DNA of 64,000 bases from Anaerolineae bacterium (GTDB taxonomy: Bacteria > Chloroflexota > Anaerolineae > SpSt-600): the NCBI GenBank assembly GCA_025062375.1, contig JANXAG010000001.1:50922-114921 (forward strand), given 5' to 3'. The notes beneath the pieces are model-generated. The model was not told the origin of the DNA, searched no databases, and saw only the letters and a program-made list of their open reading frames with translations. A program made the translations under genes and the position numbers. This document shows, in pieces, positions 51,792-61,745 of this stretch (the stretch's first letter is position 1; every line of letters begins with the position of its first letter).

Positions 51792-52904
51792 TTGCCTGTT
51801 AATTACGTGCTGGACCTGCGCATCGCTAATGAACACTTTCCTGGAATAGGACGGTATGGCATCAATCTGGCCTGGAAGATCCCAAAGTTCCTGGAAAAAG
51901 ACGAGCGCCTGGTGCTCATCCGCGATCCTGGTCACTGCTCTTTCCCATTCCCTTCCGGGGATAAGGTGGAAACCTTTGACATTCCGAGCACTCCCTTTTC
52001 CCTCGCCCAGCAGTGGCTCATACCTCTGGCCCTGAAAAACCTGAAACCCTGCCTTTACCATAGTCTTTACTACGTAATGCCCTATAGGCCAGCTACCGTC
52101 ACCCTCCTGACCGTTTACGATTTAATTCCCCTGCTTTATCCCCAGAGCGTCTCTCTTAGGGCGAGGCTCCTTTTCCGCTACCTCTTCCTTCTGGCTCTTT
52201 CTTCTTCCTCCGGAATTATCGTTGTATCCAATACCACCCTCAATGACCTTAAAGCTCGCTTCAAGATTGGCGGCAAGGGATTGGCAATGATCCCCCTTGC
52301 TGCTGACCCCGCCTTTCAGCCATGCCTCCCGCATGAAAGGGAGGCAGTTCGCCTCAAATACAAATTGCCGGAGCGTTTCATCCTTTTCGTAGGGAGCCAC
52401 AAGCCTCACAAGAACCTTGAAAACCTCCTGAAAGCTTTTGCCCGAACGAGGGCGCGCACAAACGCAATTTTAGCGATAGCCGGTCCCGGGAGCCGTAACT
52501 CCTGGAGGTTAAGAGCCTTAGCCCAGAAATTGGGGCTGGAAAACTCCGTTCGCTGGCTCGGTCGCGTGCCCGATGACGACCTTCCAGCCCTCTACTCGGC
52601 TTCCGCTGCTTTTGTTTTTCCATCCCTCTATGAAGGCTTTGGCCTTCCGGTCCTGGAGGCCATGAGCTGTAGTGCTCCCGTAATTTGTTCGGACATCCCG
52701 GCTCTCAGAGAAGTGGCAGGGGAAGCTGCTTTCTACTTCAACCCACTTTCGCCCGATTCCATCGCCCAGGCCATTGATACGGTTATGGAAAATCAGGAGC
52801 TCCGAAAGGATTTAACAGAAAGGGGGCTTGCCAGGGCTGCCATGTTCTCGTGGGATAAATCAGCTCACCAGACCATTGCTTTTTACAGAAAAATCCTCGG
52901 ATAA
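51792..52904 (+). CDS. Glycosyltransferase family 4
   Basis: The GT4 C-domain has 'FVFPSLYEGFGLPVLEAMSCSAPVICSD'. A TTG or GTG start is likely. Confidence 0.75.
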   Translation: MPVNYVLDLRIANEHFPGIGRYGINLAWKIPKFLEKDERLVLIRDPGHCSFPFPSGDKVETFDIPSTPFSLAQQWLIPLALKNLKPCLYHSLYYVMPYRPATVTLLTVYDLIPLLYPQSVSLRARLLFRYLFLLALSSSSGIIVVSNTTLNDLKARFKIGGKGLAMIPLAADPAFQPCLPHEREAVRLKYKLPERFILFVGSHKPHKNLENLLKAFARTRARTNAILAIAGPGSRNSWRLRALAQKLGLENSVRWLGRVPDDDLPALYSASAAFVFPSLYEGFGLPVLEAMSCSAPVICSDIPALREVAGEAAFYFNPLSPDSIAQAIDTVMENQELRKDLTERGLARAAMFSWDKSAHQTIAFYRKILG

Positions 52905-52931
52905 AGTTAATCTGGTCTTTGCTTCCATTGG

Positions 52932-52960
52932 TTGACACCTTAAATACCGGAAGGTATAAT
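52932..52960 (+). promoter_or_regulatory. Perfect-consensus sigma70 promoter TTGACA (52932-52937), 17-nt spacer, TATAAT (52955-52960), implying a near-leaderless GT2 transcript
   Basis: Exact hexamers at ideal spacing lie inside the N-terminal extension of the tracked ORF 52919. The ATG at 52973 is ~6 nt past the predicted transcription start and has no SD. Confidence 0.55.
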
Positions 52961-52972
52961 CCGTTAAAAACC

Positions 52973-53914
52973 ATGCTTGCCGTCATAATTGTAAGCTATA
53001 ACGTTCGTCAATACCTCGAGCGTTGTCTTGAATCGGTGCTGGCGGATTTCATGGCTTCCGGAGTGAAAGGAGCCATCTGGGTTTTTGACAATGCTTCGTC
53101 TGACGGAAGCCAGAGCATGATAAAGGAAAGATACCCCCAGGTCAAACTCCATGCCCATGAAACTAATGTGGGATTCGCCGCGGCCAATAACTTTGTAATG
53201 CGAGAACTCTTAGCTTCCCCATCCCCTCCCGATTATTTTTTCCTCCTTAATCCCGATACAGAGGTTCTCCCGGGAACAATCGGAGTGCTTCGGGAATTCA
53301 TGGAGGAGAACCCAGGGGTGGCAGTAGCAAGTCCGAAGCTCCTGAACCCTGATGGCTCTCTGCAACCCTCAGCTTTCAGATTTCCGGGGCTTATCCAGAC
53401 CTTTTTTGACTTTTTCCCCCTTCACCCTCGTCTTTACTCTTCTCTTCTGAATGGCCGTTACCCGGGCTTCCTCTACCGCAGGGGTAAACCTTTTTCCATA
53501 GACCACCCTTTGGGAGCTGCCATGCTGGTCCGCCGAAAAGCCGTAGAAGAAGTGGGCCTCATGGATGAAAGCTTCTTTATCTATTGCGAGGAGATTGACT
53601 GGTGTTTGCGGTTCAAAAAAGCTGGCTGGCTTATCTACTGTGTTCCCCAGGCCAGTGTAATTCACTACATTGCCAGAAGCACATCCCATTTTCCCCAGAG
53701 AGCGATGATAGAGCTCTGGAAAAGCCGCTACCGGTTTTACTCCAAGCACAAAGGGCCGTGGTTTCTCAGAGCTTTCCGCAAACTGGTGAAAATAGGGTTA
53801 GAGTTCAGGGCTATGACAGATTCAAGGCTGGCGAGGAAAGGTTTTATATCCCGGGAAGAACTCAGCACACGCCTGGATACATATAGAGCAATAAAGGAAA
53901 CCTTGGGCTTATGA
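52973..53914 (+). CDS. Glycosyltransferase family 2
   Basis: 'VIIVSYN', 'FDNASSDGS' and 'LLNPDTE' are present. It is paralogous to 42043..43020. Confidence 0.8.
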   Translation: MLAVIIVSYNVRQYLERCLESVLADFMASGVKGAIWVFDNASSDGSQSMIKERYPQVKLHAHETNVGFAAANNFVMRELLASPSPPDYFFLLNPDTEVLPGTIGVLREFMEENPGVAVASPKLLNPDGSLQPSAFRFPGLIQTFFDFFPLHPRLYSSLLNGRYPGFLYRRGKPFSIDHPLGAAMLVRRKAVEEVGLMDESFFIYCEEIDWCLRFKKAGWLIYCVPQASVIHYIARSTSHFPQRAMIELWKSRYRFYSKHKGPWFLRAFRKLVKIGLEFRAMTDSRLARKGFISREELSTRLDTYRAIKETLGL

Positions 53915-54675
53915 AGGGGATAACGGCTTTGGTGCTAACCTTAAACGAGGAGAAAAACATAGAGGAATGCCTCCAAACCCTCCTGTGGGCCGATAAACTC
54001 ATCGTGCTGGATTCTGGAAGCTCTGATCGCACGGTGGAAATTGCCTGGAGGATGGGGGCAGAGGTTTTCTTTCACCCTTTCCAGAACTATGCAGACCAAC
54101 GTAATTTTGCCCTCCAGCTGGTTCAAACAGATTGGGTTCTTTTTATAGATGCCGATGAAAGGGTGACGCCGGAGTTAGCTCAGGAGATAAGGGAAGCGGT
54201 GGAAAAGGAAAGCATTTGCGGATGGTGGATACCCCGAAAAAATTACATCTGCGGCCGGTGGGTCCGGCACGGGGGCTGGTATCCTGATTACCAGCTTCGT
54301 CTCCTGCGCCCTGAAAAAGCTCACTACGATTCCGCTTGGGAGGTCCATGAAATTGTAGTGGTTGAAGGGGGAACCGGCTACCTCCGCCACCACATTATCC
54401 ACTATAACTACAGGACATGGCCGGAATTCATCGCTCGTCAGAAAGTTTACCTCCCCCTTGAGGTAAGGACATTGCGGAAACGAGGTATAAAGGCAAAACC
54501 CTGGAGCCCTTTTTCAATGCCTCTCAGGGAATTCTGGAGGCGATATTTCAAACTTGAGGGATATAAAGACGGCCTTTATGGCTTAATTTTGGCCTTGGCT
54601 ATGGCCTTCTATACAATGCTGGCTTACACTCAACTCTTTCTTTCATCCTTCAGGTTAAAAGAGCCACGGGCCTGA
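53911..54675 (+). CDS. Glycosyltransferase family 2 (small, LPS-core-type)
   Basis: The protein begins 'ITALVLTLNEEKNIEECL' and has 'LDSGSSD' and 'FIDADE'. Confidence 0.8.
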   Translation: MKGITALVLTLNEEKNIEECLQTLLWADKLIVLDSGSSDRTVEIAWRMGAEVFFHPFQNYADQRNFALQLVQTDWVLFIDADERVTPELAQEIREAVEKESICGWWIPRKNYICGRWVRHGGWYPDYQLRLLRPEKAHYDSAWEVHEIVVVEGGTGYLRHHIIHYNYRTWPEFIARQKVYLPLEVRTLRKRGIKAKPWSPFSMPLREFWRRYFKLEGYKDGLYGLILALAMAFYTMLAYTQLFLSSFRLKEPRA

Positions 54676-56086
54676 AGGTTATCACACCTCTTTCAAATTT
54701 TACCCTGGGCAAGCCCCACCTATCGGTGGTAGGGTCTTCTACGGGATAACCCAGGGGGCCTTCTGCTCCGCCTTTTTCGTAAATGTAGTAGTCCCTTATG
54801 GGGCCCCACAGGATATAAGCTTTTGAGGTTCCATCCCTAAGCATTATTATAGACTTGAAAGAGCCATCGGGCGTTTTGAAATCCTGAACCCAACCATTTC
54901 CCCAGCGGTGAACGGGGACTCCTCCACCATTATCGAAGGGAAGACCGAGGACTTTTTCCCCACCATGCCTAAGGTAACATTCTACAATGGGCCAGTAAAT
55001 GCGCCCGGAAGCATCCCTTCCCACTGACGGCGGAACATCCAGAAGCTCAGGGGTCCGGGATATGCTGGCCCATTCTTGGAACCGGTAGTATATGGGTTTG
55101 CGGGCAAGAGTTCCAAAGCCAGCCTGAGTGTAGAGGCCTTTTGTAGTGCCGGGGAAATCCCGCAGGCAGAACCAGATGGCTGCTCCTATTCTCTCATCTT
55201 TCAGTAAAGTGTAAAAAGCTGTCGCCATGGCGGCGGCTTGAAAATCATCGCCCTGCTCTGAATCCCAACCAATTTCGGAAATGTATATGCGCGTTGAGGT
55301 GTTCTTACCCTCATAAATCGTTATGCTTTCCCAAATGGCGTTGATGTAAGTCTGAAGAGTGTTCCGAATATAATCAACCCCTCTGTCTCTGGTCTGGCCT
55401 ATGTAGGGGTGATAGCCAACCCCGTCAAGAGGATATGAGCCGAAAGCACTTTTTACTTCACCCCAGTTTAATTCCCTTATTCCGTAATAGTACATTTGAC
55501 GCAGATAAGAGGCTCCGGTGTCGGCGCCGGTTGGAAGGTCATGGGCAAGAATAGGCCCAGAGATTATGCGGACGTTGAAAGAGGGCTTAACAGCCAGGTA
55601 CACCTCCTTCTGGATGCGAGCCATCCAGTAGGGGTGGAAAAGGCTTGTAGTTCCTCCAAACCAGTTGTTGGGCTCGTTTATAAGCTCAAAAACCCAAACG
55701 CGGTCGCGGAAACGCTCAACAATTGTGTAAAAGTTATCCACATACCTCTTGATCCAATCTTCTGCCCCAGGGCCCGGGGCTTTGCGGCGGAAATTATCTC
55801 CAGGCCCAGGCTTCACCGATTCTAAACCGATCAAACCATATATCGCCACATTTCTGGCCAGAAGTCCGTCCACTATGGCGTCAAAGGTCTCAAACCATGT
55901 TCTTCTGCAGTATAGGGAGCGATCGGTGGGGGAATTCCAGGGCCCCAGGATGAAATTGAGGCGAACCATACTGGTTCTGGTATCGGCTATTATCCGGGGG
56001 TCAGCCATTTGGGGTGCTGGGCACCCATTGGGCTCAAGAGGGCTGTTGGCGTCAAGGCCTATTTTGGAAGAAGGTATAAGGGCCAT
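54650..56086 (-). CDS. Clan GH-A (GH5-like) glycoside hydrolase with C-terminal LGFP-like repeats
   Basis: The acid/base motif 'ELINEPNNW' and the nucleophile 'ISEIGW' are present, with 'GPLGYPVEDP' at the C-terminus. No obvious signal peptide is visible. Confidence 0.65.
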   Translation of the reverse strand: MALIPSSKIGLDANSPLEPNGCPAPQMADPRIIADTRTSMVRLNFILGPWNSPTDRSLYCRRTWFETFDAIVDGLLARNVAIYGLIGLESVKPGPGDNFRRKAPGPGAEDWIKRYVDNFYTIVERFRDRVWVFELINEPNNWFGGTTSLFHPYWMARIQKEVYLAVKPSFNVRIISGPILAHDLPTGADTGASYLRQMYYYGIRELNWGEVKSAFGSYPLDGVGYHPYIGQTRDRGVDYIRNTLQTYINAIWESITIYEGKNTSTRIYISEIGWDSEQGDDFQAAAMATAFYTLLKDERIGAAIWFCLRDFPGTTKGLYTQAGFGTLARKPIYYRFQEWASISRTPELLDVPPSVGRDASGRIYWPIVECYLRHGGEKVLGLPFDNGGGVPVHRWGNGWVQDFKTPDGSFKSIIMLRDGTSKAYILWGPIRDYYIYEKGGAEGPLGYPVEDPTTDRWGLPRVKFERGVITFRPVALLT

Positions 56087-56089
56087 GTT

Positions 56090-57190
56090 CTAAACTCCTC
56101 CAAGGATTTTATTGTAAACCTCAAAAGTTTGACGGGCTACAGCTTTCTGAGTAAACCTTTCCAGAACCCTTTCTCGTCCTTTCCGAGCCAGGTAAAGGCG
56201 CAGCCCCTCATCGTTCATAAGCTTTAGGATGGATTCCCGGAGAGCTTCCTCATCCCCTTCGGGAAACACGAGGCCAGCATCCCCTATGACGTTGGGTATT
56301 TCTCCGCAGGTGGAACCTATGACCGGAACTCCGCAGGCCATCGCCTCTATCAAAACCCGCCCGAACTGTTCCTTCCAGTTGGGTTTCGTTATGGATGGCA
56401 ATACAAGGAGATCAAGCTGGCGGTAGAAGCCGGGTAGCTGAGAAGAAGGGAGGAAGCTTAAGAAATGGGTGCGCTGGGATAGTCCGAGGCTAAGAGCGAG
56501 CTCTTCTAACTCCCGGCGTTTTGGCCCTGTGCCCAGGATAAAAAGTTCCCACTCTCCGCCGATTCTGGCCATGGCTCTAAGGAGCAGGTGAACCCCCTTT
56601 TCTTCTACAAGCCTTCCTGCATAACCCACGATAAAGGGTTGGCCTCTTTCCCGGGCAGGATCAGGCTTAAAAATATCCTCATCCACTCCAAATTGTGGGA
56701 TCAAGCTTATGCTCTTCTGGTATCCCTTGCGCCTCAGCACTTCCATAGCCTCCTGGTTTCCGGCGATGGCCCAGGAGGATTGGTGGTAATTGTATCGTTC
56801 AAACCAGGAGAAGGGCGGAGGGTAGCGGCGGTAGAGGTTCTGCCAGGTGAAAAATAGAGCTCTGGCTCCCAATTTTCTGGCCAGCACCATGGCTTGGAAA
56901 GTGGCCAGATTGTATGGCTCCTCGTCAATGTGGACCAGTTTTGGTTGGATTTTCCGCAGGTGGAAGGGCAGGCGCAGGTAAAAGTGGAGATGGTAATTCC
57001 CGTTAAAAATCAAGTCATCCACGAGCATTTTGTAATTTTCTTCCCCCTCTTCAAGGGGCAGAATCCCTCTCTCATCGCGCCAGTAGCGAGGAACTACCAG
57101 GAACATTTCAACTCCTAATTTCGCCAGTTCCTCCAGTTTTTTCCGGTAAACTTTGAAGACACAGGCTTTGGAAACCATCAGGACACGCAT
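56090..57190 (-). CDS. Glycosyltransferase family 4
   Basis: The GT-B C-domain has 'LVLPSITKPNWKEQFGRVLIEAMACGVPVIGS'. Confidence 0.8.
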   Translation of the reverse strand: MRVLMVSKACVFKVYRKKLEELAKLGVEMFLVVPRYWRDERGILPLEEGEENYKMLVDDLIFNGNYHLHFYLRLPFHLRKIQPKLVHIDEEPYNLATFQAMVLARKLGARALFFTWQNLYRRYPPPFSWFERYNYHQSSWAIAGNQEAMEVLRRKGYQKSISLIPQFGVDEDIFKPDPARERGQPFIVGYAGRLVEEKGVHLLLRAMARIGGEWELFILGTGPKRRELEELALSLGLSQRTHFLSFLPSSQLPGFYRQLDLLVLPSITKPNWKEQFGRVLIEAMACGVPVIGSTCGEIPNVIGDAGLVFPEGDEEALRESILKLMNDEGLRLYLARKGRERVLERFTQKAVARQTFEVYNKILGGV

Positions 57191-58488
57191 GCCATCTCCT
57201 TGAGCGCCGGCACTCCCTCAAGAACCCCCCACACCCCTCTTTCCGGTCCTTCAGAGTCTGGTCCCTTTTCCTCCCCGAGAGCTACTAAGCGCACAGGCGT
57301 GATAACGTTAGATAGAGGACATGGGCTGAAGGCGAAAACCCGAATGTAATTATCAGTGAGGCCGGAACACAGGAATTTTCCCTCCCGGTGTTCCGGTGTT
57401 TCCCACAGGACTTCCATTGTGCGGCCCAGGAAGCGCGATTGAAAAGCTCTTTCGCTTTCCTTGCCCACTTCGGCCACGAGCTTTTCTCTTTCCCTCTTAA
57501 TTTTTCCGGAAACTTGGCCTTTCATAGCTGCGGCTGGGGTTCCAGGGCGTGGGGAATAGGGAAAAACATGGATGCGGGCAAACTCCATTTTCTTTATGAA
57601 CTCAAGGCTCTGACGGAATTCCTCCCACGTTTCCCCTGGGAAACCCACCATTACATCGGTGGTTACAGCCAGGTCCGGAATCCACGATCGAGCTTCTTCC
57701 ACAAGGTGGGCGTATTGGGCTGCAGTGTAACGTCGCCCCATTCTCTTTAAGGTTTCATCGCACCCGCTCTGGAGAGGAAGATGCAGGTGCCGACATAACC
57801 GGCGATCCTGCCATAGGGAGAAAAAGCCCGGAGGTATATCCCAGGGTTCTATGGAAGAAAGCCTCAACCGTTGAATTGGGGTTTCTTCCAGAACGGCCTT
57901 TATAAGGCTTGCCAGATCAACCCCCAGGTCACAGCCGTATCCCCCAAGGTGGATTCCAGTCAGTACCACTTCCTTATAGCCGGCCTCGGCTAACCTTTTC
58001 ACCTCTTCTACCACTTCTGAAAGGGGGCGGCTTCTCTCCCGTCCTCTAGCCACCCGAATAATACAGTAAGTGCAGTAATTGTTGCATCCATCTTGAACTT
58101 TCACAAAGGCCCTGGTAGCTCCTGGGGAAGGGGATAGCGGAGGAGCCCACGGAGCCCTCGCTCCGACCAGAATCTGGGGCAGGAACTCCTTTTCCGAATT
58201 TTTAACCACAAGGCTGACCCCTTCAATGGAGTTTATCTCTTCCCGAGCAATTTCGGCGTAGCAACCTGTGACCACTATCTTAGCGGCCGGATTCAGGCGA
58301 TGCATTCTCCTTATGAGCTGGCGGGATTTATGGGATGCAGCGCTGGTTACAGTGCAGGTGTTGATTACGATAAAGTCGGCCTCTTCAGGAGAAGAAATCT
58401 CATGCCCCAGAGCTACAAATTCCCGCTCCCAGGCCTCCTGCTCGCTCCTGTTGGTTTTGCACCCTAAGAAAGTAAGGAAAACTTTCAT
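57178..58488 (-). CDS. MiaB-family radical SAM methylthiotransferase (MtaB/RimO-like paralog)
   Basis: The N-terminus is 'MKVFLTFLGCKTNRSEQEAW'. The radical SAM motif is 'CNNYCTYC', and a TRAM-like C-terminus follows. Confidence 0.8.
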   Translation of the reverse strand: MKVFLTFLGCKTNRSEQEAWEREFVALGHEISSPEEADFIVINTCTVTSAASHKSRQLIRRMHRLNPAAKIVVTGCYAEIAREEINSIEGVSLVVKNSEKEFLPQILVGARAPWAPPLSPSPGATRAFVKVQDGCNNYCTYCIIRVARGRERSRPLSEVVEEVKRLAEAGYKEVVLTGIHLGGYGCDLGVDLASLIKAVLEETPIQRLRLSSIEPWDIPPGFFSLWQDRRLCRHLHLPLQSGCDETLKRMGRRYTAAQYAHLVEEARSWIPDLAVTTDVMVGFPGETWEEFRQSLEFIKKMEFARIHVFPYSPRPGTPAAAMKGQVSGKIKREREKLVAEVGKESERAFQSRFLGRTMEVLWETPEHREGKFLCSGLTDNYIRVFAFSPCPLSNVITPVRLVALGEEKGPDSEGPERGVWGVLEGVPALKEMACVS

Positions 58489-59651
58489 TTCTTTACAACC
58501 TTCTTTACGAACCGCTCAATCCTTCCCAGAGCCTCCTCAATCTTTTCATAGGCGGTAGCATAAGAGCAGCGGATAAACCCCTCCCCACACGCTCCGAAGG
58601 CATTGCCCGGCACTACGGCTACTTTTTCTTCGTAAAGGAGCCTTTCGGAGAACTCTTCTGAGCTGAGCCCAGTGGATTTTATGGAGGGGAAGGCGTAGAA
58701 GGCTCCTTTGGGCTCAAAACACTCCAGCCCGATTTCGTTCAGTCCGCTGACTATAAGGCGACGGCGGCGATCGTATTCAGCCACCATCTGGCGCACGTAT
58801 TCTTCCCCGTTTCGGAGGGCCTCAAGAGCTGCCACCTGCGCAGTGGTAGGAGCACACATTATAGCATATTGATGGATTTTCCGAATCTGAGCCATTATGC
58901 TGGCAGGAGCACAGGCGTACCCTATCCGCCACCCTGTCATGGCGTAGGATTTGGAAAAACCTCCCAGAAGGATGGTCCTTTCCCTCATCCCCGGAAGGGA
59001 AGGGAAGCATGTATGCTCAACCCCATAAACCAAGCGGTCGTAAATTTCGTCAGATATTACCAGAAGGTCGTACTTCTCCGCAAGGGAAGCGATTTCCAGC
59101 AGCTTTTCCCGGCTCATAACGGCGCCCGTTGGGTTATTGGGATAGCCCAATAATATGGCCTTAGTGCGAGGTGTCACCTTCTCTTCGATCTGGCTGGCTG
59201 AGACCTCAAAGTTATCCTGGAGTCTGGTCTCTACTACTACGGGAACGCCTCCAGCGAAAATTACTGCCGGCTTATAGGCTACAAAGCATGGCTCTACTAC
59301 GATCACTTCTTCTCCCGGCTCCACCGTAGCCAGAAGGGAAATGTGGAGAGCTTCTGATACCCCAACGGTTATCAGTATTTCCGTTTCAGGATCGTATTTT
59401 ACTCCGTAAAGCTTTTCCAGATGTTGAGAGAGGGCTTCCCTCAGCTCCAGAATGCCTGAGTTTGAAGTATAGTGGGTCTCACCGCGGCGGAGGGAGGCGA
59501 TCCCCGCTTCAATGATAGGCTCCGGCGTTACAAAGTCCGGCTCCCCTATCCCCAGCGAGATAACGTCTTTCATGGTAGCGGCTATATCAAAAAAGCGCCT
59601 TATTCCCGAAGGTGGTATTTCCCTGATTCGCCTGGCCGTAAAGTCCCTCAT
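58485..59651 (-). CDS. Class I/II pyridoxal-phosphate-dependent aminotransferase (aspartate aminotransferase-like)
   Basis: 'GIGEPDF' and 'GGFSKSYAMTGWRIGY' (PLP Lys context) are present. I chose the start at 59651 because an AAGGAGG lies upstream. The tracked ORF extends to 59687. Confidence 0.85.
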   Translation of the reverse strand: MRDFTARRIREIPPSGIRRFFDIAATMKDVISLGIGEPDFVTPEPIIEAGIASLRRGETHYTSNSGILELREALSQHLEKLYGVKYDPETEILITVGVSEALHISLLATVEPGEEVIVVEPCFVAYKPAVIFAGGVPVVVETRLQDNFEVSASQIEEKVTPRTKAILLGYPNNPTGAVMSREKLLEIASLAEKYDLLVISDEIYDRLVYGVEHTCFPSLPGMRERTILLGGFSKSYAMTGWRIGYACAPASIMAQIRKIHQYAIMCAPTTAQVAALEALRNGEEYVRQMVAEYDRRRRLIVSGLNEIGLECFEPKGAFYAFPSIKSTGLSSEEFSERLLYEEKVAVVPGNAFGACGEGFIRCSYATAYEKIEEALGRIERFVKKVVKK

Positions 59652-59990
59652 TTTCCTTCCTCCTTGGAGTAATTTTAAGATCGGCAATACAGGCTTCAGC
59701 TTTTCGGGGGCAGTTTCCGGTTAAATATAGAGGGTGTAAGTAAAACCATTTGGCACTGGGGGTCCCACTCCTGGCCCGAGAAATTTCCGCCTTAAATTTC
59801 CCGAACAAACCATTCATCGCAGTGCTCCCAGTAAAGAAGCCAGTAAAATTTGCCACAAGCCTTGACCTTGAAAAGAGGCCCTTCCGGGGTGAGAAACCGG
59901 CTTTCCACGCTTTCCACCTCATACCTTTGAGCTCCCACGGAAAAGGCCTTCGGGTCCTGAGGGTATTTGTAACTGGAGAAACACTCCACT

Positions 59991-60992
59991 TTACAGGCTT
60001 TCCAGCTCAAAGGTTCCCACATTGACCTGGGAAGAATCGCCTACATTGAGTTGCTGGTAAGCTCCCTGATAAGTAACTTCAGAGCCTATAAGGGAAAAGG
60101 CCAGGACAGCTCTCTCTATGTAGGCTCCTTCGTTAATTATGGAATCCCGGATTATGGACTCTTCAATCACGACCCTCTCGGCTATAGAAACGTATGGGCC
60201 GATGATGGAGCGGGATATTTTAGCTGAAGGAGCGATATAAACCGGGGGTATTATTATGGAATCTTCAAAATGGGGGTAACTGCTTCCCATTTTCTCCAAC
60301 AGATAGCGGTTAGTATCCAGCAGGGTTTCAGGCTTACCGCAGTCTTTCCAGACCTTCACCGGACGAGTGATGAAACGAGCTCCCTGGTCTATCATGATCT
60401 GAAGAGCGTCAGCCAGGTAAAACTCCCCTTTAAGGTGGATGTTACGGGTCATTTGCTCCTCAATGCACCTTACAAGCCACTCAGCATCTTTTATGTAATA
60501 GAGCCCTATCACTGCCAGTTTATTTTCTTTACTGGCGGGCTTTTCGATAATCCTTGATACATAACCGTCCTTTACCTCTGCCACTCCGAAACGCCTTGGG
60601 TCTTCCACTTCTTTTACGAAGAAAATCCCGTCGGCTTTCAGCTCTTCAAAGCCTGACAAATCCGCCTCAGCGATGGTGTCAGAGTAAGTGATGAGGATGG
60701 GCCCATGGAGGCGTTCTCTGGCCAGCCAAAGAGCGTGAGATTGACCTTTAAGCTCTTTTTGCTCGAAGTAGCTGGTTCTGGGAAGCCGATAGTGGGATTC
60801 AATGTAATCCCGGATTTTATCCCCTAAGTGGCCTACAATAAACACAAACTCTTCCACATTGAGGTCCACAAATTGATCCAGGATATGCCCAATGATAGGC
60901 TTACCAGCCACCACTACAAGAGGTTTTGGTCGGGTATGAGTGTGAGGCCTCAAGCGTGTCCCAAGCCCTGCCAGAGGGATAACCACTTTCAT
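59991..60992 (-). CDS. Sugar-1-phosphate nucleotidyltransferase with C-terminal left-handed beta-helix
   Basis: The NTP-transferase start 'MKVVIPLAGLGTRLRP' and C-terminal hexapeptide repeats are present. Confidence 0.8.
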   Translation of the reverse strand: MKVVIPLAGLGTRLRPHTHTRPKPLVVVAGKPIIGHILDQFVDLNVEEFVFIVGHLGDKIRDYIESHYRLPRTSYFEQKELKGQSHALWLARERLHGPILITYSDTIAEADLSGFEELKADGIFFVKEVEDPRRFGVAEVKDGYVSRIIEKPASKENKLAVIGLYYIKDAEWLVRCIEEQMTRNIHLKGEFYLADALQIMIDQGARFITRPVKVWKDCGKPETLLDTNRYLLEKMGSSYPHFEDSIIIPPVYIAPSAKISRSIIGPYVSIAERVVIEESIIRDSIINEGAYIERAVLAFSLIGSEVTYQGAYQQLNVGDSSQVNVGTFELESL

Positions 60993-61133
60993 GAGAATTA
61001 TCCTCCGGAGTGCGGATTAAAACCTCAAAAAGTATACAGTAAGTTTCCGGCCGTGTCAAAGCGGTAAGAAAGTCTGGGGATTTTTCTCCGATTGGGCCAG
61101 GAACCCCCTAAGATTTGTTGGGGTGCGCGGTGA

Positions 61134-61430
61134 GTGAAACTGTACAAGACAATTACATATGTAGCCACGTTTGCTTTTTCTCCGCTTTTGACTATAATTA
61201 ATTTGGTCAATAATCCGCGGAGCCGGCCAGTGAAGAAATGGCAAGTTTTGGCCTTTGTTGTTGAGTTAGGTTTTACGGTCGGGTTCAGCATCCTCATAGG
61301 GATTGGCGTGGGGTGGTGGCTGGATGGGAAACTTGGCACGAGGCCAATTTTTACTTTAATCGGCCTTTTCCTGGGTCTGGCTTCGGCGGGGTATAACCTT
61401 TATCGCCTTTCTTCTGTGGTAAGAAAATGA
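61134..61430 (+). CDS. Small membrane protein of the atp operon (AtpZ/ATPase_gene1-like)
   Basis: Two to three TM segments and a 'GIGVGWWLDGKLGTRP' pattern are present. It sits at the head of the atp operon. Confidence 0.5.
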   Translation: MKLYKTITYVATFAFSPLLTIINLVNNPRSRPVKKWQVLAFVVELGFTVGFSILIGIGVGWWLDGKLGTRPIFTLIGLFLGLASAGYNLYRLSSVVRK

Positions 61431-61735
61431 AAGATTTTGCTTTGATTGCAGCTGGATTCCTGGCAGGGGTGGCTGGTTCCTGGTTCAATAGTTTCCTTAC
61501 GGAGTTCTCCGTGAAGAAAATCGTTTTTTCCCCCGATGCACCCAAGTGGCTGGGGGGGTTATTTGGGTTTTTATTTATCACAAAGCTTTTCCTCTTCTTC
61601 GCCTTCTGTTACGCTGTAATCCGTTATCTCAACTTCAACCTTTGGGGGGTTATCGCTGGAATCCTGACTCACCAGGTATTTCGCATCCTTTACAAGGTCT
61701 ACCTTTGGTATGCTAAAAGCAAACAGGCGTCCTGA
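61427..61735 (+). CDS. atpI: ATP synthase protein I
   Basis: A ~100-aa hydrophobic protein immediately upstream of atpB. Confidence 0.6.
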   Translation: MKDFALIAAGFLAGVAGSWFNSFLTEFSVKKIVFSPDAPKWLGGLFGFLFITKLFLFFAFCYAVIRYLNFNLWGVIAGILTHQVFRILYKVYLWYAKSKQAS

Positions 61736-61745
61736 GGTGTAAGCT

